Below, one piece after another: positions 57,954 to 64,000 of a stretch of DNA of 64,000 nt (its first letter is position 1; the number at the start of each line of letters is the position of its first letter). The notes under the pieces were generated by a model that had not been told where the DNA came from, searched no databases, and saw only the letters and a program-made list of their open reading frames with translations. The translations under genes were made by a program, and so were the position numbers. The DNA lies in NCBI GenBank assembly GCA_965140445.1, contig OZ223236.1:4256001-4320000 (forward strand), given 5' to 3'. The stretch comes from Candidatus Ozemobacteraceae bacterium. GTDB lineage: Bacteria; Muiribacteriota; Ozemobacteria; Ozemobacterales; Ozemobacteraceae.

Positions 57954-59552
57954 ATGGATTTGAAATTAGACCAGTTAAACTTGCTTAGAGAAATAACCCT
58001 CGAACTAGACAGCCTGATCGAAGGGCTACAAACCACACGTGCCGATCTGCACAGCTCCTTAAATGAAATATATGGATTTTTAAAAGAGAAAATTTCTCTC
58101 GAAGTCTTTTTTGTTGAAACTCAGGATGAAAACCTTAATATGCGGGCATTTTGTTTTGGAGAAGATGCAAACGTAGTAAAGCAAAAAGTCCCCAACCTGC
58201 ACAATCTGGCAAGTGCTCAATATTTTGAAACCCCGGATGCCTGTTGGTTTGCCCAACCCCTTGAGATGGCAGGAAACAATATTGGATCAATGGGATTAGC
58301 TTTTTCCTCAAAAGCCAAACCAGAAAAAAACTTTGGCATGGAACTTTTAGATGGAATATCTGAAGAGCTGGACAATTTTTTCTTCAGCATTCAGCAAAGT
58401 CGATTAAAACACAGTTTAATAATGGGAATACAATCAGCTCTCAAAAGTCATTCACTTATAGACGCGATAGACTGCGCAGTATATGTTTTGCGCAAAGAGA
58501 TTCCTTTTACTGATTTATACATTTTCTATTCTGACAGAGAGCTTACTGGAAACGAAAAAACCAACTACATGATTTATAATCAAACCAGTAAAATTTTTGA
58601 TTCCGCATCCAATCCACATCCCGAACTAAAAAAACTGGTAGATAATGGAGAAAATCCGCTCTCTATTGACCCAAACCGTTTAAAAGAACTAATTTCAGCA
58701 GGTGAAGTTACAGTTTCCTATCTTCTGGACGGGCTGATTCAGGAAGAGTTAATAGGAAAAGCCATATTTGTCCCCGAGCAAGGAAAAACATTTTCAATTT
58801 TCTCGAGGGAACTGATCCAGATTTTCACTGAAGTTCTGAGACAGCGCCTGGTAGACTTTAATAGAGAACGAAACAATCTTAGAAAATTCTTCTCAGACAA
58901 AATAATCGATAAACTGGTTTCTGAGGTCGGTTATGACTCATTATATCTTACCCCCAGAAAAGAAAACATCGGAATTATTTTTGCTGATATTTCTGGCTTC
59001 ACTAAAATAAGCGAGCAGGTTTTAAAAACTCCCGAGCGCATTACTCAACTCGTAGATCATTGGTCTAATGGAATTCTTGAACGTGTCTTTGATCTTGACG
59101 CATGCCTGGATAAACTTGTTGGTGATTGTATAATTCTTCTTTTTGGCCCTCCTTTCTATAATTCTCAACCTGAAAAAATCGTGGCCAACCTTCTGGAAGC
59201 TTCGAAAAGAATAATAGACTTCACAAGAGAATTTCTTAATTCCGAGGAAAATTCTGAAATAAAGCAGCATCCTGATTTTGAAAAATTTGGAGTCGCCATT
59301 GGGGTAAATTATTGTCCTACGGTAGTTGGATTGATCGGACCAAATCAGGATCTAACTGCCTTTAGCTCAGGAATGAACATAACCGCCAGATTACAAGGGC
59401 TTGCATCTGCTGATCAAATCCTGGTGACAGAAGAAGTTGCCAGAATTTGCAACCAAACACCAGACAACAAGTGGGAATTTGGCCCGGAAGGATCGGCTCC
59501 GGTAAAAAATGTCGCTAAACCATTAAAGTTCTTTCCTTTAAAACTTGATTAA
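57954..59552 (+). CDS. Class III adenylate/guanylate cyclase with N-terminal sensory region
   Basis: IFADISGFT, DKLVGDC, MNITARLQ, VKN; both catalytic Asp present. Confidence 0.88.
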   Translation: MDLKLDQLNLLREITLELDSLIEGLQTTRADLHSSLNEIYGFLKEKISLEVFFVETQDENLNMRAFCFGEDANVVKQKVPNLHNLASAQYFETPDACWFAQPLEMAGNNIGSMGLAFSSKAKPEKNFGMELLDGISEELDNFFFSIQQSRLKHSLIMGIQSALKSHSLIDAIDCAVYVLRKEIPFTDLYIFYSDRELTGNEKTNYMIYNQTSKIFDSASNPHPELKKLVDNGENPLSIDPNRLKELISAGEVTVSYLLDGLIQEELIGKAIFVPEQGKTFSIFSRELIQIFTEVLRQRLVDFNRERNNLRKFFSDKIIDKLVSEVGYDSLYLTPRKENIGIIFADISGFTKISEQVLKTPERITQLVDHWSNGILERVFDLDACLDKLVGDCIILLFGPPFYNSQPEKIVANLLEASKRIIDFTREFLNSEENSEIKQHPDFEKFGVAIGVNYCPTVVGLIGPNQDLTAFSSGMNITARLQGLASADQILVTEEVARICNQTPDNKWEFGPEGSAPVKNVAKPLKFFPLKLD

Positions 59553-59554
59553 TA

Positions 59555-59818
59555 ATGAACGCTGAAATTGAATGGTTCCTATATATACTTGAGTGCAAGG
59601 ATGGAACATTATACACAGGCATTACAAATAATCTGGAAAAGCGACTAAGATCTCACAACGATGGAACCGCTTCCAAATACACCAGATCAAGAACCCCTGT
59701 AAAAATGGTTTATTCTGAGCCAGTTGGCGACAGATCAAATGCGACTAAGCGCGAATTGCAGGTAAAAAAACTAAGTAGAACAAAAAAAAATCAGCTGATC
59801 CTGAGTAAGATCAGCTGA
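59555..59818 (+). CDS. GIY-YIG nuclease family protein (UPF0213)
   Basis: YILEC.DGTLYTGIT..L.KR...HN.G..SKYTRSR.P, A.KRE..VKKLSR..K. Confidence 0.9.
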   Translation: MNAEIEWFLYILECKDGTLYTGITNNLEKRLRSHNDGTASKYTRSRTPVKMVYSEPVGDRSNATKRELQVKKLSRTKKNQLILSKIS

Positions 59819-59826
59819 TTTTTTTT
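59783..59826. terminator. Bidirectional terminator overlapping the GIY-YIG 3' end
   Basis: A8-TCAGCTGATC...GATCAGCTGA-T8 at the convergent junction. Confidence 0.7.
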
Positions 59827-62416
59827 ATCTTTCATCAACAACTGTTTTTAACTTTCCGGTCCTTGAGTTTCGCGGAATCTCACCAGGTTTAAACCACTCG
59901 ATTTCCAAAACCATCCAACCTTCAGACAAAGATTCTTCAAGTTTGTAAGAGCCCTGTTGCAAAGCCTCAAAAACCCTTTTATTATCAAGTTTTTTTTCGG
60001 CTTCAATTCGAACAGTAAGATGTTCTTTTCCCTCTTTTAAAGAAGCCACGATCTGGAAGTTTGGGCTGACATCTAATTTGTTCAATCCAGCAGCAACGTC
60101 GATTGGCATTAAATTTATACCGCCAACAACTAACAGATCATCACATCGCCCAAGCAATTCAAAAGAACGACCCTTGAATCCACAGCTACATTCATGATCT
60201 TTAAACCAGACGCCAAGATCGCCTGTTTTATATCTTACAACTGGCATTAAAACTCTATTAAGATTGGTTGCAACGATTTCTCCAGGAGTTCCCGGAGGGC
60301 ACTCCTGACCACTTTCAGGATCAAGAATCTCTATATAACAATACTGGTCGAGTTCATGATGAATTGCTCCCTTTAGGTCAAGGCATTGCCAACCCACCGG
60401 ACCAGTATCTACACAGGCATATCCCGCTGAGCGAATCAGCTTTGCGCCTAATGTTTCTTCCAAAAATTTGCAAGTTTGGGGGCGCAAATGTTCGCCACCA
60501 TAAAGCACTTTCTCAATTTGAATTGGCAGCCCTTTTTTCTTAACCTCTTCTGCAAGCTTAACAATAATGGAAGGCAAGCCCACAACAGCATTAACTTTGA
60601 AAATTTCCAGATATTTCAAAATATTTTCAAAGTCAGATCCGCCACCAACAGGCAAGTTCAAGCACCCCAGATTTTCGAGAGCTCTCCCGGCCACATTAAA
60701 ACTTGTCCAAAGATTTCCCGCCAAAAATAAATTTGCAACCCGATCGCCTTTCTCAAGACCAGCATCTGAATAAATTTCAGTCAGAACATCAGTTACATAC
60801 CTATATTCATCATTTGAATACAAAGTGAATTTCGGGCTTCCTGTGGTTCCCCCTGAGGCATAGACATATGCGTCTGTCATTGGTCCAGTAAGAATATCAC
60901 CGGATTCAGGGGGAGAATTCCGATAAAATGTTTCTCTATCAAGCAAAGGAAGCTTTTTAAAAGCATCAATACCATGGCAACCGGTTTGGGAAACAATTCG
61001 GCTGTAATACGGCGAACCCAGAATTTTACCCAACAAAGTTTCTACTTTGTTTTCAGAAGTGTTCCTAAATTCCCGTGCAACCCAATCCACCAGATCTCGT
61101 AGCAAATAACTGCCTTCATGTGGGGCCCCTTCATGGCCTTCGCTCATACCACCAATTGCAGTAACCCTTTTTGCGCCAAGACCAATCATCCCGTCAGCAA
61201 TGATTTCTTCACTTTCAGGAGTAGCCAGCACACCAACAGTCTGGAGAAAAGCCCCTAATGGACGGACCTTTTCCAGCAATTCATCAACTGATTCAAGCCT
61301 CTTAAAAAACAGGGTTCTGTTTAAACAGGAAACTCTAAATTCAGAATCTTTTTCATACACCAGAGTAAATAAAAAGTCTGTAGGGCATAAAAGCCGGCTC
61401 TCACCTTTGGCTTCAGACATTCTGGTTAACTCACGAACTTTGCGAATTTCTACCTTCTCATCAAAGGACAATCGACCAACCGGAAGCGTTTCTGACAAAT
61501 CAAATAACTCATCATAAAGGGCTTCCATAAACTCATTCAACAAAGCTTCATCAGTATCAATAAAGTAGACAAGATGAGGGGAAGAACATGCCTGCTGATC
61601 CCAGCGACACAAATCAAGAGCAAGCCCTTTAACTGTCTGCTCCAGCTGGCATCCTTCCAATCTTTTTCCTTCAATTGCAGCAAAGGAATACCTTGGCCCG
61701 TTTTCAATCAACCTGGTATGAGCGCCAGTTCGGGAGCGCACAGATTCTAACGCTTCAAGCCCTCCCCAAAAAACTACAGTCAGAGGAGCTTTTAAAAGCA
61801 GATTCTCGACTAGCTCATCTCCGCCCTTCCATAGCAAAACAGCCTGATGTGGCCAGACAAGTCCCTCGGGATCGTTTTCTTTAATACTCTCCAGGAAAAG
61901 AATCGGGAATAAACTATCCACACGCGACATTTTCAAGATGTTTGCGTTTTTGGTGATTATTCCTGAAACAAGACTATCAACAGCTCCGACAAAAACGTTA
62001 CCGGCGGTAAGATGCAGGAGAACTCCTCGGGGAACAGCCTTCAATTCGTGGCCATTGTGAGGTTGCGGTCTCCACTCATCTAAAACTCTAAGATCGCCCA
62101 GCTCCCCACGTAGACGTTTTTCAATACTAGCTCTGGAACAGATTTGTCCCACAACATTCAGCCCCTCAAAAACCATTTCCGAGCTGAAATTGAGCATTTC
62201 AGGAAGAGCTTTTTGCGCTACAACACGCAGAGGGTATTCTGGATCTAGCCAGCAAGCAGAAACTCTCTCTAAAACATCGATAACACATTCAATATCAGGC
62301 CTTGAAGCAAGAGAAGCGTGCTCAAAAGCATCTTCCAAAACCTCAGAAACAATCTGAGAATTTAAAAATTTCAAACCAATACTTTTCCCGAAGGCAAATG
62401 TAACGTCTTTTTTCAT
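59825..62416 (-). CDS. LuxC-like acyl-CoA reductase fused to a PaaK/LuxE-like adenylate-forming ligase
   Basis: PRG..LH..AGNV, KNANILK, FWGG..A, GPRYSF, WDQQACSSP; then ASGGTTGSPK, RYKTGD, GRCDD. Confidence 0.85.
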   Translation of the reverse strand: MKKDVTFAFGKSIGLKFLNSQIVSEVLEDAFEHASLASRPDIECVIDVLERVSACWLDPEYPLRVVAQKALPEMLNFSSEMVFEGLNVVGQICSRASIEKRLRGELGDLRVLDEWRPQPHNGHELKAVPRGVLLHLTAGNVFVGAVDSLVSGIITKNANILKMSRVDSLFPILFLESIKENDPEGLVWPHQAVLLWKGGDELVENLLLKAPLTVVFWGGLEALESVRSRTGAHTRLIENGPRYSFAAIEGKRLEGCQLEQTVKGLALDLCRWDQQACSSPHLVYFIDTDEALLNEFMEALYDELFDLSETLPVGRLSFDEKVEIRKVRELTRMSEAKGESRLLCPTDFLFTLVYEKDSEFRVSCLNRTLFFKRLESVDELLEKVRPLGAFLQTVGVLATPESEEIIADGMIGLGAKRVTAIGGMSEGHEGAPHEGSYLLRDLVDWVAREFRNTSENKVETLLGKILGSPYYSRIVSQTGCHGIDAFKKLPLLDRETFYRNSPPESGDILTGPMTDAYVYASGGTTGSPKFTLYSNDEYRYVTDVLTEIYSDAGLEKGDRVANLFLAGNLWTSFNVAGRALENLGCLNLPVGGGSDFENILKYLEIFKVNAVVGLPSIIVKLAEEVKKKGLPIQIEKVLYGGEHLRPQTCKFLEETLGAKLIRSAGYACVDTGPVGWQCLDLKGAIHHELDQYCYIEILDPESGQECPPGTPGEIVATNLNRVLMPVVRYKTGDLGVWFKDHECSCGFKGRSFELLGRCDDLLVVGGINLMPIDVAAGLNKLDVSPNFQIVASLKEGKEHLTVRIEAEKKLDNKRVFEALQQGSYKLEESLSEGWMVLEIEWFKPGEIPRNSRTGKLKTVVDER

Positions 62417-62427
62417 TGAGCCATTCC

Positions 62428-63555
62428 TTACTTCAAAAGATCCAGAGCTTTTATTGCGCATCCTTTATGCTTTGCCAAACCAGCTCTTCCAAGGATTTTA
62501 AACGTCTTTCCACTTCTACCACAGGGACAATTTCCTTCTATAACAGCCTTATCAGTTGTCAACAAGGAAATAGAAGGGTAACTAGACAAATATGGGGTCA
62601 TAAGCTTCAGCAAACCGGGGCTTCCATCAGGTAAAGACTCCAGGGTTTCCGGGTCCACAACCTGAGCTCTTGAATAGATCGGAGTGTGCAAACGCCCTTC
62701 CTCGCAATCCACATAAGGAATCCCGTGCTCGACCATACCGAAAAGGTCCCTAAGATTAGAACCAGGCATTCCCAAAATTTCGCAGACACGTGAACGAAAG
62801 ATATCCTTGGAAACCTCTTCATTCTTATGCATTTTCCAGCCGCCACCTGTGATGATATAGGAATCAGGCCCCAACTCAAGCTTTATTCCCTTTTCTTCCA
62901 ATCTATTGCAGACCTGCCATAAATAAGCGGGAAAGCCAAGAATCCTTACAGGCTCGCTTCTTTTACCAAATTCGATCAGCTTCTTTACGGTAAGATCAAG
63001 ATCAAATTCAAAATCATTGATCTCCTCTTTCCAACGAATTGCATAGAAAACCGTTCTTTTTCCTGTCAAACCGGTAAGCATTTTATCTGAAAAAGCGGTT
63101 CCAACACTGCCTGCAATTTTTGGATCGTATGTAAAACAAAGATAGTTAACTTTTTGCTTAAGGTTTACAAGCCCAAGAGAAGAAAAAATATTGTTTACGA
63201 TTTTCCAGATTCTCTTGTAAGAACGATTATCAAGAACTATTGCGCTACGTTGCCCACCTGTTCCTGAAGAAGTCAGTTCTATTTTAACTTTATCCTCAGG
63301 GATGGAGATGAGCTTGTGTTCTTTAAAAATAGTTACAAGCGTTGGAGGTATCTCCTCTGGAGAATAACACTTATCACCCGGCACACAGCCACTTGATACC
63401 AAAAAAGAATTGAAATCAGGACAGTTTTTTGAATGCCATAGCAAAGCTTCGTTCATTGCGTCTGAAAAAAGTTTATCTGTTAAAGGGTTGTGATCAAAAG
63501 CATCCACGAAATCGAAAAGTTCACCAGTTTTTACAAAGGGTTTACCTTCAGCCAA
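62428..63555 (-). CDS. LuxE-like acyl-protein synthetase
   Basis: TTG start with GAGGAG; LTSSGTGG..S, GFPA, TGGGWK, DLFGMVEH, LLTTD, GRA...KGC. Confidence 0.88.
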   Translation of the reverse strand: MAEGKPFVKTGELFDFVDAFDHNPLTDKLFSDAMNEALLWHSKNCPDFNSFLVSSGCVPGDKCYSPEEIPPTLVTIFKEHKLISIPEDKVKIELTSSGTGGQRSAIVLDNRSYKRIWKIVNNIFSSLGLVNLKQKVNYLCFTYDPKIAGSVGTAFSDKMLTGLTGKRTVFYAIRWKEEINDFEFDLDLTVKKLIEFGKRSEPVRILGFPAYLWQVCNRLEEKGIKLELGPDSYIITGGGWKMHKNEEVSKDIFRSRVCEILGMPGSNLRDLFGMVEHGIPYVDCEEGRLHTPIYSRAQVVDPETLESLPDGSPGLLKLMTPYLSSYPSISLLTTDKAVIEGNCPCGRSGKTFKILGRAGLAKHKGCAIKALDLLK

Positions 63556-64000
63556 TTCGCCACTCCTCGTCAAAGTCTGGCTGGCATCTAACCAGCATTT
63601 CATACCAGCATTTCATAAAAGCATCTAAATATCTACGATTGGTATCCACCAAATTCATGTCCATAAAATCAAGACTTTCAAAGGATCTGGAAAAAACAAG
63701 AAAATCTTCCCGTAAACCTTCAGAATTCATTTTCATAGCGGGAAAATAAGCACATGGGAGAAATTTAGCATCTAGCGCTAATCTTTGCATTTGGGGCTTA
63801 AACGCGCTAACCAGCATTTCAATGTAGCGCATACCCGACTTTGATGCTTCCTCGCAAAACCACATGAGTAATGTTCTGAGGTTATTTCCGGAGAATCTAT
63901 AACCAAGAATAACGCCGTTCCCGTCCAGCTTGTTAAAGTTTACAAAGATATCTGCAGATCCATCTTTAGCAGAAAAAAGAAGATTGGGTTCAATAAAAGG
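63548..64000 (-). CDS. Hypothetical protein, 5'-partial (possibly GNAT-like C-terminus)
   Basis: Frame open to the window edge; overlaps the LuxE-like start. Confidence 0.65.
   Translation of the reverse strand, partial: PFIEPNLLFSAKDGSADIFVNFNKLDGNGVILGYRFSGNNLRTLLMWFCEEASKSGMRYIEMLVSAFKPQMQRLALDAKFLPCAYFPAMKMNSEGLREDFLVFSRSFESLDFMDMNLVDTNRRYLDAFMKCWYEMLVRCQPDFDEEWRIG

Noticed and set aside
59825..63555. Bioluminescence operon
   Set aside because: No luxA, luxB or luxD in the window, and LuxC/E homologues are widespread in non-luminous bacteria.
1..64000. tRNA, rRNA, IS transposase or prophage genes
   Set aside because: None recognised by eye; a covariance or HMM scan would be needed to exclude small or divergent ones.

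Overview
AT-rich bacterial chromosome segment. The pilin style is reminiscent of Ca. Riflebacteria-like lineages, which is inference only. It has three parts. (1) 1-25 kb: housekeeping and envelope genes (GerMN protein, type IV pilin, NHL and TPR lipoproteins, mltG, a B12/iron-type ABC importer, a radical SAM pair, rng, an RpoD-family sigma, accDA, a diheme lipoprotein, lspA-lgt-lgt-rluD, and an ALDH homologue missing its catalytic residues). (2) About 25.2-46.6 kb: a ~21-kb integron cassette array on the minus strand with 17 attC sites (15 apparently intact, 2 internally deleted). No intact integrase is present, but a ~28-codon intI C-terminal remnant (HSNLQTTMIYTHVASKNILGVKSPLDE) lies divergently at 46483-46566. 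The array includes a ~5.5-kb six-gene cassette (ECF sigma plus MacAB-type efflux) whose non-coding ends are homologous to those of an unrelated esterase cassette. It also holds a two-antitoxin fusion left by deletion of both toxins, an HTH fused to a degenerate cyclase, and an ApeA-like HEPN gene. (3) 46.6-64 kb: GNAT, nitrite/sulfite-reductase-like protein, K+ channel, a 1906-aa duplicated membrane protein with an internal type IV prepilin motif and an internal signal-peptide-like segment next to an M50-like protease, an adenylate cyclase, and a LuxE plus LuxC-PaaK fusion locus with no luxAB in the window. All calls come from reading motifs by eye; no database searches were run.
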